A stretch of 64,000 nucleotides of DNA from Eledone cirrhosa. Lineage: Eukaryota. The translations under genes and the position numbers were made by a program. Location: assembly GCA_964016885.1 (NCBI GenBank), contig OZ024746.1, positions 89,900,001-89,964,000 on the forward strand, read 5' to 3'. Under the pieces are notes generated by a model. That model had not been told where the DNA came from and searched no databases. It saw nothing but the letters and a program-made list of their open reading frames with translations. Below, in pieces: positions 14,432 through 29,099 of this stretch (positions within the stretch are counted from its first letter, which is position 1; each line of letters opens with the position of its first letter).

Positions 14432-15332
14432 TATCTAAATGAGAGGTATAGAGATTGTTTTAGCAAGAAGCTAACGGCATTCTATAACATATATGCGACT
14501 ATAACGTCAAGATGGGAAAAGTAGTTAACGAAAGATTTAGGAAAAATAACTCAAACTCATCCGTGTATATATGTGTGTCTGTTTGTGTGTGTCTCTATTT
14601 GTATATATATATATATGCGTACTTACATACATATATATACATATACATTTATACATATACATATACATATACATATATACGGAGTACGAGGAAGAAAGAA
14701 AGAGACTGAGCGACAAAAATGGAAAGGCAAACACACATGTTTCTCTTAGTAATGAAGAAAGAAAACATTATTTGATACCACATGGGGTGTAAATCTTGAT
14801 AAATGTCATGTACAACAAGGAATCTGTTCTAGTTTAATGTGTTGTTTTATGAAACAGTACTGATTCACTAACATACCAGATTAGAAAGCTTATATTATTC
14901 TAAGTTATTTTTTATTCACTCTCTCTATAGCAGATTTGTTCTGATTCAGCAGACATAAGAGATAAATGATAAGGATTCCAGACATGAAGTAATGTTTTTT
15001 TCTTGTTTTTACTTACGTACTCATTTTTGTTTGAGGGGAATTATATATTACACGACAATATGTATTATTATCCTAACGGTTTCATTTTACAATTGTAATA
15101 TTTCGGAAATATTGGTCTAATATTTCTAGGAAGTTCAGAAACCATGGTAATAGCCGAGAATTGATAAAGTTAGATATTGGTTCAGTATTTTCATAGAACT
15201 TTACAAAAGGTGTTCGGAGAAATATTTAAGGTTACAATTTGTCATTTAATTTACGTTGATTTAATGAAAATCAACCCAGAAAAATTATGGGTTATGGATA
15301 TCTCTCACTCTGGCCTAATCTCTCTCTCTTGC

Positions 15333-15419
<87 letters not shown>

Positions 15420-16048
15420 TGGTCTCTATCGTCGATATAAACGTATAAGTGTGCGACAGCTGTGACTGTGTTAATATGGTGGACTACAATTTTGATGGAA
15501 TTTTGTAAGGATATAAAAGCTTGGTTAAGATATGAAACAATTTGACAACAAACATTGGTGCAAATGTGTGTTACAGGACCCCTCGGGCAACATTCCTAAT
15601 TATGTATTGCTTAAGATGTTAACACCCCATGTCCAGCAACAACTAAGTATGTGACGTCTGGTGCGGTGGGACACCATTTTCTCGTGTGAAACTACTTGGC
15701 CATGTGAGAGCTCACGAGTTTGTGTTACACCTATATTTGTTTTTATAAGCTTTGTAAGGTTAATCTCCAGTTATTTAGTAACATTTTCCCCCACATGTTT
15801 TCCCTTTATTTTTTTCAGTAACACCTCTACGTTGCAATATAAGTTTCACTTAATCGTCTATACTTTTGACACACTCCAACACACAACTTAAAATATCTCC
15901 ATAGCTGTCTCTGCCTTCTATATTGCATATTTAGGGAATTTTTACGCGATTTCCATGTTTTTTTTACACCTATTTCTTTTAGCTGTTTCTCATATCTCTA
16001 TGGAATATACCCTATCTCCCATCTCACTCTCCATCTCTCTATATATAG

Positions 16049-16089
<41 letters not shown>

Positions 16090-16218
16090 GACAGACCCAC
16101 ACACACACACTCACACACACACACACACACACACATACACACACGCACACACACACATATATATATATATATACTTATGTGTGTGTGCGTGCGTGTTGAT
16201 ATCTCTGTCTATATGTAA

Positions 16219-16352
<134 letters not shown>

Positions 16353-16359
16353 GAAGAGA

Positions 16360-16480
16360 GGTACGTGGCCAAGTGGTAAAGGTGCTGTGTTCGATTCCTG
16401 GCTTGCGTATTGTAATCTTGAGTAAGACACTTCATTTCATTTTGCTCCAGTATACTCAGCTGATCCTCAGCATACCACCA
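16360..16480 (+). mobile_element. tRNA-derived SINE fragment (CORE-like)
   Basis: A-box-like tggccaagtgg, B-box gttcgattcc, then ttgagtaagacacttcatttc. Confidence 0.6.
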
Positions 16481-16684
16481 ATAGCACAAGTCAGCGCTCA
16501 GAGAGAAAGAAAGAAAACTAGAGAAAAAATGTGAACTTTTCTCCCTAAATAATTATGTAAAAACAATTTCCCTCCATATTCATTTCCTTATAGAAATGAT
16601 TTATCCAGAATTGTAATAAATTCTGCAGAATAATTTTTATGAATGAAACATTTGTAATCCTGGAGAAATAATTTCAATAATAAA

Positions 16685-16878
16685 ATAATTGTTTCTACTT
16701 TAGGCACAAGACCAGCAATTACCCAGTACATTACTGGTACTTTATTCTATCGACCCCGTAAGGATGAAAGGCAAAGTTAACCTGGGCAGGATATGAACTC
16801 CGACTGTAAAGGGACGTAACTCTATGCTTCAGAGCATGGCGTCCGAACCTCTACCGATACTGCCAATCCACCGCCCTT
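16685..16878 (-). mobile_element. tRNA-derived SINE, dominant family of this window
   Basis: Minus strand has A-box tggcagtatcgg, B-box-like gagttcatatcc, body ctttgcctttcatccttacggggtcga and 3' gaaacaattatt. Eight or more homologous copies lie in the window. Confidence 0.88.
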
Positions 16879-17150
16879 CAATAATAAAATAATAAAATAC
16901 ACATACAAACACGCACACACACCCATACACACACACACGCACACACACACATCCACACACACACACACACACACATGTGCATATATAAGATTAGTTTTAA
17001 CGAGAAAAAATCAATTTAACCTCATAACAAACGTTTTGATATTCCAACACGGAGAACGGGGGCTTTGCTAAACATCAATGTTTCTACTTATAAAGATATT
17101 TTATATATATAGCAGGTGCGCTTTTCAAACCCTTTATTATTTATCATTTT

Positions 17151-17212
<62 letters not shown>

Positions 17213-17352
17213 ATATGTGTTTGTGTGTGTTTGTATGTATTCATGTGTATATGAAACTGTGTAGATATAACTTAATAAGAGTAGAAATAACAATTTGTTT
17301 ATGTCATTAGGTTGTTACAGAATGTATTATTGACAGACAATTGTAATAAATT

Positions 17353-17543
17353 AATAATTGTTTTACTTTTGCCACAACGCCAGCAAATACCCGGTGCATT
17401 ACTGGTACTGTATTTTATCGACCTCGTTAGGATGAAGGGCTAGGTTAACGTCGACGGGATTTGACCCCAGACCGTAAAGGGACGTAACTATGCTAGAAAG
17501 CATGGCGGCCAACCCTCTACTGATACTGCCGATTCACCACCCT
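17353..17543 (-). mobile_element. SINE, same family as 16685
   Basis: Colinear similarity over ~190 bp. Confidence 0.85.
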
Positions 17544-20500
17544 GTAGTCATATATTAATAATAACATCTAATAATTAGACAGTCACAAATATCATGGACA
17601 TCGACATTCCTCATAGGTTCGGTGAATGTATGTGTTTCTATTGTGTTTTCTGTACTGAAGTGCAACTATCAAGATAACACTAGGTTTATGAGAACATGTT
17701 ATAATACAAATAGTTCAATAATTCTTGTTCATAATTACAATAATTCTCGTTCAACCTCTTTCATAGTTTCGAAACGTTTCAAATATTTAGCAAGAATCAT
17801 ATTCAAAATGTAAAGGCTTGCACTTGGAACTTACAAAACTTATATCTTCATTTGATATGATAGAAACGCGCGAAAGCTGATGATGATAAAGCCACACACA
17901 AGAAAGACATATATATGAAATGGAAGTTCATTCCTAGTTAATTAATTAATTGCCCTGTGAGAACTCTGGGTAATTAAGAATGAATCTGTATTTGGTATCT
18001 ATTAATAAGGTAATGGATCTGACCAAAACCAAAAGCGTATCACTGAAATCTAATTTGTGAAAATCAGTTATATCATTGCTAATAATCCTGATTCCATGCC
18101 ACGTTTATGGTTCAGTTGACCAACACTAAAATAAGAGGAAGGTCACTTTTATTAAAATGCTTGAAGAATAGTTATATGAAGTAGATGTCGTGATAAAAGG
18201 ATGCATATATGTGACTAATGAAGAAACATTGCATGTGGTATGTATTGTACTATTTATAAGCGGAAATGAGCTATACCTCGCATAATAACAGATTGTTTCC
18301 TATGAAAGTAAGTATTTTATTAGTGTCTATTTCTTCTTGTGGTAATCATTCTAAGATATTGTAGCATTATATCCTACATACAATAATTATCCATATTATG
18401 ACAACAGCACATACTCACATTAAACAATTAAGTGAGTGGGATTAAGTTTAGGTTGATTGGAATAATAGATTTGATTGGTTCAGTTAGATGTAAAGGAAGG
18501 CATATCAAGAGTTTTATGTAAATTGCATAAGTTGTATGGTATAGATTTTCTCCGGGTGAAATGGAAATATATGGCCACATATAATCTAATTCATCCAATT
18601 AATGAAACCTATTTTACGTGTATATTTCATTTGCAAGTAACTGTCAAACTTTCATCAAAGGGTGGAAGAAGGGAAACTCAGATTGATTTGTAAGAAAGTG
18701 TGTAATGAGGATTTACGGATTATGCCTATAAACGACAATTCTGTGGTGCTGATAAGCTATACGCAATCAAGTTTATAAGCGATAAAGAGAGATACGGAGT
18801 GTGTAATTGGGCCTGATTCTTATTAAGAGAAAAGAGATATGAAGGTAAATAGAATTATGAATCCTGTATGCTTTGCATTGAAGTTTGTTTAATTATACAT
18901 CGACGTCAATCCTAAGGTTGTATGCCATTGGGCAATATGTTTAGATATTCTGTGATATTCACAGAATATTATCTACAGAATTAGCAAAAGAGACTGATCA
19001 TGTATTGTATCTGCACATTGATTGAAACAAAGTAAACTATATATTCCCTGCGCACATTTCACACAACTAACACTTTTCAAGCTGGCAATATTCATATGAA
19101 AAATAATAAATTACGTGATTATTTAATTTATGTAAAATACGTGAATTTCGCGATACAGTGTCCAATGGCAGTATGAGTAAAAGTGCATAGAGCAAGGAGC
19201 AATAATAGTGAAACGCTAATGTTGTTTCAAAACACCAGAGGGCATATGAAAATGTGCCAATATGTTTTCTTCTTCTTAAACACTTGTATAAAGTCATGAT
19301 CAGCTAAATTCGACTTGGATTTCTAAATAGGAATATTAACATATAACGAGCAGTAGCCAACATTTTGTTTTGCTTATGATAACCCCAGGTCATTTCCGAT
19401 TAGCTTCAACTTTACCCATCATCTTTTTCTTTTTTAAACTAGGAATACATTTTGGGGTGAGTGGTATTTTATTAAATAGCCGGGTTTATTTGACGGATAC
19501 TTCCAGCAGTTAATGAAAAAATCCTTTTGAATATTTTTCTATTCTTACATCTCATTGGAATGTGAAGGAAATACGCACGCCATTTAATGGTCTCATTTGG
19601 GAATCTCCTTCGTGAATGAGCATGGCTGTCTATTAAATCCGGATCAAGGTTTTCTTGTCAAACCGTATAAAGAAGTGACACCATTGGCTCATACTATACC
19701 AACTTATATTCGGCTGCATAGTCATATGTCTATGTAACTATAATACGGCTCCTTACTTATGTTAATGCCATATCAGGTACAGAAGACACTGTATTATGCC
19801 CTCCCAAACGTTAGACACCTCACGTCAATAATTCTCTAATATCCTGAACAAATATCCCTCTCACGATAGATACCTTTCCATGTTATTCATTTTAATAATA
19901 CGAATATGGATCATACACGCTTAACTAGACATTCAAATACGTACAAATGTGTCCTTAACATGACTTGGCATTTAGGCTTTTGACCAGTGTTACTCGACAC
20001 AAAAAATATAGCATGGCGTTCATTCAAATATATATTTATGGAGAGAAGATTCTTCTCCTTCTAAAATGAAAAGCTCGGTATATCGATCAATTCTGATACA
20101 TGTAGAACAGAGTAACTACTATACATATGGGTATCCTAGAATACTTCTAAAGATGGTCATTAGGGATCCAAATATTCGATTACCGAACCCGGTGAAACCG
20201 CGTTTTATTCAACCCGACCATTATGATGGACAGGTCTTTGCTTTTGTGTCTTTCCTTTGATATAAAGTTCGATAAATTAGAAACTATAGCTTTACCCAGA
20301 ATGTCGGTTTTCTGGATGTACCGTCCGCACTGCACTATTTGTACTCTGTAGTTATTAATCCGTGTGCAATATTAAACGTCTGATACACAATCACAGGAGC
20401 TCTGCTAGAGTGAGTGTGAAAAGCATGGCACATATAGATTATCGAATTCTAAAATGTATGAAGAAATATATCGAGAATATTCTTTCACTTGATGCATTTT

Positions 20501-21227
20501 TCCTTCCATCAGTTACAAACATTTTTTATTTATAAGAATTGCAACCATATATTCCCATTTTCTAAAGCTTTTCAATCTGAGGTTGTTTTATAGAAGAACA
20601 CATTAACAGTGTAATATTTTCTTTCCCTCCTCTTTTTATGTACGTTTTGAAGCACTTTATGTACATTTGCTGCATACATATACAGGAAATCCTGTCATGA
20701 AGAGCCACTAGCAATATAGAATATATTTATAATTATTATAAAACGCTCCAGATCAAAGAGTCTGTAAATCATTATGTTTACTTGAGGAAGAAAAATCAAC
20801 AAACTTCATTCTACTCTCATGCATTTAAGAAAATATATCGACTATCAATAATCATGTAAATAAGCCACATAGGCACTCAATTTGCGTAGATATTCTTCAA
20901 GGTATTGTTACAAATCTACCTCAACTATCTTTAGGTTTGTTTTGCTAGTCACGATATTTTATTTAATTCATGCGTTCCGATAAGAAAAGAATATATTTAT
21001 AAATTCAGTGTTTGAATTTCTGGGGAAAAACATAAACAAAGTTCTCCTTGCATTGCAGAGTTTATTTTTGTAGAAAAGCACGATTTCTGTCAACTATAAA
21101 ACAAAATATGTTTGATTTATGTGACTTCATGTAAGGACTTATGCACACACACACACACACTTACACAAATACACACACATACACACACTTACACAAATAC
21201 ACACACATACACACACATACACACACG

Positions 21228-21295
<68 letters not shown>

Positions 21296-21785
21296 ACGAC
21301 AGCTTGAGATCGGTGTGAAAGTCGAACCTCCGTAAAGACCTGAAAATCCGCCTCTTCATTGCTGTAATGGAGCCTGTGCTGCTGTACGGGTCTGAAACTT
21401 GGACACTGACCAACAAACTCACTCAGATGGTGGACGGGTGCTACACGAGAATGCTGAGGATGGCTCTGAACATTAATCAGTATACACTGTGGATGAAAAC
21501 CTCAGAGCTGTATGGGAGCCTCCCAAACGTCAGCTCAAAAGTGACACATTGGAGACTGGTGTTAGCCGGACATGCTCACTGATATCAAGAGTTGACATTG
21601 CGCTCAGTGCTCCTGTGGGTGCCACTATGTGGACACTCTGGAAGTGGAAGACCAAGGTTAACGTATCTTGATGCCCTCCGGACAGACACTGGTATGTTGG
21701 AGACGCAGGACATGGCAGCAATAATGAGGGACAGAGACCGCTGGAGAGAACTCGTCCATGGATCTCGGGAATTTTACCCGACCTA
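21296..21785 (+). mobile_element. RTE-type LINE 3' fragment
   Basis: LKIRLF...VLLYGSETWTLT...DGCYTRMLRMALNI...LAGH...GRPRLTYLD...DRDRWRE. Homologous to 62855-63370. Confidence 0.88.
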
Positions 21786-21803
21786 GAATATATATATATA
21801 TGC

Positions 21804-21838
<35 letters not shown>

Positions 21839-21924
21839 ATAATAATAAATTTGAAGACTAAAATCCAAAGAGGGCTTGATGAGGATAAATATACATCAAA
21901 GAGATGAGAACCGTAGAGCAAGCA

Positions 21925-22120
21925 TTTATTAAAATAACAGATTAAGTTTAAGCAAAGAATCGCTGCTTTGACCCTTAACTGGATCTTCTGAAACTAAAAT
22001 AATCAATCTGTTAACGCAGAAGTAATTATTTCAAAAAACGTTGCAACCGAAGGAAGACAGGAAGATGATACTTTGGTTCGTTGACACGTTCCCTGGCAAA
22101 GAACGGCTAAAGACAAATAT
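21925..22120. repeat. Unclassified dispersed repeat shared with 57757-57950
   Basis: Colinear match (aaataacagattaa...cgttgcaaccg...gttccctggcaaagaacgg). Confidence 0.7.
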
Positions 22121-22734
22121 AATACGTCATCATTTGGAGCGGTGAAAACAATTACACGCAAAGACAAAACCACGTTTATGGTATAAATGAAGACGTAGAC
22201 TAATATCCTATTAGGTGGTTCGTGGAGACGTTCTCTGGCAATGAACAGAAAAAAGAACGGAATTTTCGCAGTTCCGATCTTTGTATATTTAACGAGCTCC
22301 AGATTGTTGAGCTAAGAAATTAGAATGGTTGGGCTACTCTCTCTTGCATTTTCCCCCAATTCATGAGAGCCGTTATTTGATGCAAATAACACGTGATTTC
22401 GCCCTACTCTGGGCAGCGTGTTTTTTGGCTTTCTCTCTATCCAATACGCTAGCTGCGACGTGAACAGTGCCCATACTTGCTGACTGAGGATGCTATGGGC
22501 TGTTATACCGCACATCTCTGTGGTGAAACGATCTAAATTCGTATCAGCAAGTTTATAGCTATAAGGTTAGTATTTTAAAACTCTACATCAGAGATTTGAT
22601 TCTGACTTGGATATTTTTAGGTATTGTTCTCAATACAGTAACGGTTAAACTCACATGTAATAATTGTTTACACACTTCTCACTGTGTAACACACTTCTCT
22701 CTCTCTGTATGTGTGTATATACATATATATATAT

Positions 22735-23986
22735 ATATGAAAAAGTTTGTCCTCATCAGTGGCCTTCCAACCGTCTCAGGCATTTCGTCGCATTAAAGGC
22801 CATATACCTCAGGTTGGTGCGAGCAACGGCTAAAGAAAAGTCGTTGGGACACGTAAATAAAGGGGACGCTAGGGTAAACAAACAAAAATGGTTTAAGAAG
22901 CAGAAAGTGATGAAGAAGGAAACAAGTCCCAGATTTCTATGAATATAAATTCGGTGGAATCGTGAACGAGAGAATAAAGACCATCAAACCTGGTTGAAAT
23001 ATGAGCAAGGAAGGAATTTCGCACTGGCTAACGGGAGGAAGAAGGGGTCTGGTCTGCGAATTCGGTAAACATAAGTTCTGTGAAGTCGCAGACGAGACAG
23101 AGAGAAAAAAATTCATACCGACTTGGTAAAGTGCCCGCGAGAAAAGGATTACGGACAGGTCAAACGGGAAGAAAGGGGAGGAGGAGAGGTAGTGACAGAG
23201 AGTGAGTGAGTGAAAGGTGAGGAAGAGGCTAACAGAGAGAGAGAGACTGCTAGAAAGGGTAAAGACAAAAAGAACGAAACAGACTGGTGGCAGCGGAGGA
23301 AAAAATATATGTATCAATATGATAATAATGGAGCTGCGGCGCTACAAATGGGTTACATATGAAAAAGTTTGTCCTCATCAGTGGCCTTCCAACCGTCTCA
23401 GGCATTTCGTCGCATTAAAGGCCATATACCTCAGGTTGGTGCGAGCAACGGCTAAAAAAAAATCGTTGGGACACGTAAATAAAGGAGATGCTAGGGTAAA
23501 CAAACAAAATCGTTTAAGCAGCAGAAAGTGATGAAGAAGGAAACAAGTCCCAGATTTCTATGAATATAAATTCGGTGGAATCGTGAACGAGAGAATAAAG
23601 ACCATCAAACCTGGTTGAAATGTGAGCAAGGAAGGAATTTCGCACAGGTCTAACGGGAGGAAGAAGGGGTCTGGTCTGAGAATTCGGTAAACATAAGTTC
23701 TGTGAAGTCGCAGACGAGAGAGAGAGAAAAAATTCATACCGGCTTGGCCAAGTGCCCGCGAGAAAAGGATTACGGACAGGTCAAACGGGAAGAAAGGGGA
23801 GGAAGAGAGGTAGTGACAGAGAGTGAGTGAGTGAAAGGTGAGGAAGAGGCTAACAGAGAGAGAGAGATTGCTAGAAAGGGTAAAGACACAAAGAACGAAA
23901 CAGACTGGTGGCAGCGGAGGAAAAAATATATGTGTAAATATGATAATAATGGAGCTGCGGCGCTGCAAATGGGTTACATATGAAAA

Positions 23987-23991
<5 letters not shown>
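22735..23991. repeat. Tandem dimer of a ~622-bp unit plus a ~14-nt start of a third unit, in (TA)n
   Basis: tatgaaaaagtt recurs at 22736, 23358 and 23979. The two units are highly similar but not identical. Confidence 0.92.
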
Positions 23992-24049
<58 letters not shown>

Positions 24050-24053
<4 letters not shown>

Positions 24054-25580
24054 TTATGCTTACGGAGAGTCTAGTTGCCAATAAGAAACACACGCACCAG
24101 GTGCTTTCATTTCAATTTATTATAAAGTAAATTTATAAATTTCCGGTTGGTTGGTCGTTTCCACAACCAAACGATTGTTCATATATTGTCAAAGTTCTTT
24201 TGTCACACATTCTGTGACCTCTTCAGTGGCTGGGGATTCTTTTCTTTGTTTTTGAGGCGCTTCTTTGTTCTGTCTTATGCCATCTTGTTTTTGTTGTGTG
24301 CCTAGTTTGCGCTTGTGTTACATCCGGGTGTCTGTGTGTGTTTATATTTGTTTATTTATTTGTTTATTTACATGTTACTGGTTGGTTGTTTGTTCTATGT
24401 TTGTGTGTGTTTTCATTCCGTCCTTAATTGTAAGTTGTGATGTTGCTATTCTATTCATGTTTTCTATTTAATTTTGGTTGGAATTCATTTATGGTTATTG
24501 CCTTTGTGATTTGTCTAAAAATTGCGTCTTTTTTTGTGTAGATTCTATTTTTATTTCTATGTTCTCTAATTTACCCTTATGTTCTATTTTAGCATGTTGG
24601 TGGAGTACAGATGATTCTTTACTATCTTGAAGCTCTCGCCAGTGTTGATTTATCCGCTTCCCTATACTACGAGCTGTCTCACCTATGTACACTATATTCT
24701 TATCTCTACATTGTCCTTCAGTATATATTATGCTATATACTACATTTTTAGTTTTACAGTTAATATGGGGGCTTAGTTTAGAGATTATACGTTTCTCATC
24801 TATACAGGTAGGTCTTTGAAAAGGATGTGTATTGCTAATAAGTGTTTTTTATGGAGGTACCTGGTCTTTCTACTCTCTTAATATTGAGTTTATATATATC
24901 TAGGGCCCTATATAAATGTGTCAGCTAATTCACCTCTAAGGGTTGTATCGATGAACATTACACCCTGGTATTTATTGTTATCATACCATGAGTTTATTCT
25001 ATTAACCTTATTCCTAGTTCTTTCTATTCTATTACAACATTTGCTCCTATACATCGGTCAGGTCCCATTTGTATCATTATTTACCATGTTTTCCCATTTG
25101 GTTCTGGCTCCTCTATATACTCTGATTTTATCTCTCAGATTGTAACCAGAGAACTGCATACGGTGGATGAAGTGTTGTATGTGTCTCTCTAGTTCTTTGG
25201 GGTTGCACATGCGGGACACGTTTCTCATCACCCGTTCCAAATCCGCAATGAGTATGTTGATTTTGGTAGGGTCCGAAACAGCGGAGCTTCGGTGGATCAG
25301 ATATTTGTAAGTCATGGGTTTGGCATAATGGGAATGGAGGATTTGTTTTTTGTTATTAATGGAATCTAACCAGAGCTCTGTGTCTAGCACAGGGAATCGA
25401 TGGTTGGGGTGTTTTCTTGGGTAGTCTATAGTAGCTCTAATACTCTGGTGGATGGAGTTAGCTATTTGCTGGATGCTTTCCATGGTGTTTTTCTCTAATT
25501 ACAGACTGTTCTCTAGTGTTTTTTTTTCACTACGATGTTTATATCATCAACGTAGCGGGAGTACATTATCAGGTTTAAGA
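24050..25580 (-). mobile_element. 5'-truncated decayed PLE, sister subfamily (B) of the 44.7-52.8 kb element
   Basis: YSRYVDDINIV near 25540-25565, MESIQQIANSIHQS...PVLDTELW...RMQFSGY, YIGETARSIG. The 3' UTR matches 29092-29560 and 63465-63720. Confidence 0.92.
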
Positions 25581-26062
25581 GGTTGCAGAATTCAGACTTT
25601 TTATTGAAATAATTAAAGTAGAGATATGTATGTTTATTTGTGTGCTGGGGTGCGAGTGTGTGTGAGTGTGTGTGAGTATGTGTTTGTGTAGGAAGATGAT
25701 TCTAATAGTAGAAATGGGGGAGGGAGTTGTGTGTGTGTAGGTGTGTGTGGGAGTATGGTTAGAATATTAAGATGGAGAGAATATATATATTGTTTTATAA
25801 ATGATTCCGTTAGTACAAATGGGGGGGGGGGGGGGAGTTACTTGTGTGTGGGGTGTGTGGTTAGCATGTTAAATTGTTAGAGTATTAACGTATGTTAAGG
25901 TTTATATATTTCTGGTTTTTATTTTCTAAAATAGGTGTTATGTGTGTGTGTATGTATGTGTCTGTTGGGATGGTTAGCATCTGATGGTGTTGACATAATG
26001 TATATCAAAATATATTTAATGCTGGTCTATATTTTTGAATAAATAGATTTTCCTTATTTATT

Positions 26063-26106
<44 letters not shown>

Positions 26107-26255
26107 ATACTAGTTTAATGCATTTCTATTTGTCTTTGAAAACAAATTCGAGAAAATATTCAATTGCATATGCAGAGAGAGAGATTGAGATAGATAGATA
26201 GATAGATTAATAGAGAGAGAGAGAGTTTGATACACACACACACACACACACACAT

Positions 26256-26294
<39 letters not shown>

Positions 26295-26340
26295 CGAAAG
26301 GCTTCCTAAAAAATGACTATGTTATACAGGATCATGCATG

Positions 26341-26407
<67 letters not shown>

Positions 26408-27464
26408 CAATGGGATATTTTCTCGTATTTCTTTTCAGAGACAAATATAAATATATTACAATTGTATATCATACAGTGCCCATTAATATATACTCTTCTC
26501 TCTCTATATATATTTCATATATTTCTAGGTTGATGTCAATAAAATGTATTAAAATATATTTTAGATTTGTCCTCTCTACATCTACGTTGTTGTTTGTGTT
26601 GTCGCTAGCACTTACAAATTGATATATAGAATCCCTGTAATGTAATGCAATGTTTGCCGACTCGGATAGAAACATCTGCATTAAATTTACACTTCAAGAA
26701 TACTATATCAGAATGTTTATAGAATTTTACCTGTTACTGCAGGCGAAGCAGCCATTCATAAATAATCGAAAATAACTTACGATCTGGTTGAGAGTGAAGT
26801 AAATCAATATTGCAAATATTTGGATAACTCATATATATAGGAGTAAAAATAAATATTCTAAGTAAATTCGTTTACAACCTAAATACGAAATAATTATTTA
26901 ATATTCAGACATAATCAGTCATCAATACGATTTTTACTCAAACTAAAATTCTACAAGGTTTATTGGCTGCTATCTGTATCTGTATCATATATACTTTGCA
27001 GTGATATAACAGAAAATAGGAAGGAGTTTCAAATGCCAACGGCAAAGCGCGTTTAAACAGGGAATATTTGATGTATAAGTTGCCAGCTCTAAGCAACATA
27101 AAACTTCAAAATATGGGAATATTTTGTTATTTCCAACGCTCCCTATTATAAGTATCCATGTGTTAAGTTAGGTTATTCTTGATATATTCATAGTTCGAAT
27201 AGTTCATATCACAATCGTTTGGTTTCGAAAGTGATCCGACTGAACTTGTCTTTGGGAGAGTGACCTATACCTTAGTCTCTAAACTGCTCTTGCAGTTTGG
27301 TGAACGTTAGTTTGAGGAACGTTTGTGAATGTAAATCGAGTGGATGGCGCATTCTTAATCTTTCTTTAGCTGATAAATGTAATCAGTCAGCTGGCTTTAA
27401 AAGAATATCCGATATATATAGTATATCCTCCGCCACTTCTTCTTCTACCTCCTCCCCATCCTTC

Positions 27465-28530
27465 TTATTGTTCTTCTTCTTCATCTTCTTCTTCTTCTTG
27501 AGAGGGTCGTGGAGGCACATTTTTTCAAACACAGCTTCAAGCTGTTGCTGTCAGAAGCAACCCTCTCCAACTGGCCCGATTGGACCCCCAAGCGATAGCA
27601 GCCAAGCTCATGCATGTTATCCAACTATCTTTCTCGAGATCTACCCCTAGGTCTGCTGCCGGTTGGCTCTTCCCATGAAGTCTATCCAACGATTCTTTTT
27701 CTGAGACGTTCTAACCCCATGCTCATAGTATCGAAGATGTGATCTCTCAATTCGGAGAAGGAGCGGCTCTTCCTGGAGTGATTTTCCGGTCTCCGAAATA
27801 CACACTCTATCGAGTAACCTTACTCCAACACCCTTCCGAGAATCTCATTTCGGCCGCTTGTATTTGTGATCGTATTATTTCGGTCATTACTTAAGATTCG
27901 TGATTATAGGGAAGGGTTGGGACGAATACCAAATTAAAGATAGCGAATTTGGCTTTTACGCCTACCTCAACTCTTTTGATTACAGAATTCTGATGCTGGT
28001 GCAGTAATGCACCAGCTACTGCTATTCTTACACTTAATTCAGCTTCCAGCCTTCCATTACTCGTGATCACTGACCTGAGATACTTGAACCTCTCTATCTG
28101 ATTCAGTGGAACTCCATTCACCTATAGAGTGCACTGCGTAGGGTTCCTTGAGAGGACGAATATCGCAGTTTTCACAGCTCTGATTTTCATTCAATCCATG
28201 CAGCCCTCGGCATCCAAACTTTCTAGTGCAATTTGGAGATCACCTTCTGTCGAATTAAGTAACACCATGAGAATTGCGAATTCTATCCGATTGATTTTAC
28301 CTCCTCCAGTCATGTCACCAACGCCCAACCCAACTGTGCATGTCAATCCTGTTCACGAAATGATGAACAAAAGGATCTGACTCCCACATTGAATTGTTTC
28401 GATTTAGCACCATTTATACGAACACAAATATACGGGCACACTTATAGAGGCATCTGGGCAGAAAGAACCGGTCCATCGATACGTTACTTTAACAAAGCAT
28501 CCCACAGCTTGGCTCGTGAAATTCGATTAT
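27465..28530 (-). mobile_element. RTE-type LINE 3' fragment with (GAA)n-like tail
   Basis: NGVPLNQIERFKYL.SVITSNG...RIAVA...KAKFAIFNLVFVPTL.Y.HES. Similar to 59000-59682. Confidence 0.8.
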
Positions 28531-29041
28531 ATATATATATATATATGACACTCTAAATATCACCCTCTGTATAATTGCATATACATTCCCAATAAATTCA
28601 ATGCTATAATTGGATGCCAATGCTAGAATGCTGACATGGTATCACATAATTTCCTAAACTAATTCTTCTAATAGTAATATTTAAATGATAATATTTGTGC
28701 TGTGCATTAAATTAAATAAATCCACTTTAGTAAACGTAAATATGGTACGTTTATAAAAATTCACACGCTGTGGTATCTTAATTGAAATATAAAATAGATT
28801 TGCTTTTATATTAATCGAAGATTTACACTGAAAAATGTATGCAGACAACTAAAAATTGTTAACTCATGCGACGATTTCCCTAATTCAAATACCGTTTTCG
28901 GGCTAATGGAACATCTTGAATTACCTGGATGAGTAGGTAATGTTATTTTAACAAGATTCGACTTCACACACTACAAATCATTTGTTGCGTGTACTCTAGA
29001 TACTCTGCTATTTGAAAACCCACATATTAGCTTTGTAAAAA

Positions 29042-29091
<50 letters not shown>

Positions 29092-29099
<8 letters not shown>

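Noticed and set aside
21955-21997. Possible hammerhead on the minus strand (also ~57785-57825)
   Set aside because: The core reads cagaaga rather than CTGANGA in both copies, and stems I and III do not pair convincingly.
22750-22805. Complete hammerhead or twister ribozyme in the 622-bp repeat
   Set aside because: CTGATGA has no matching stem II/GAAA partner, and the twister pseudoknot elements are absent.
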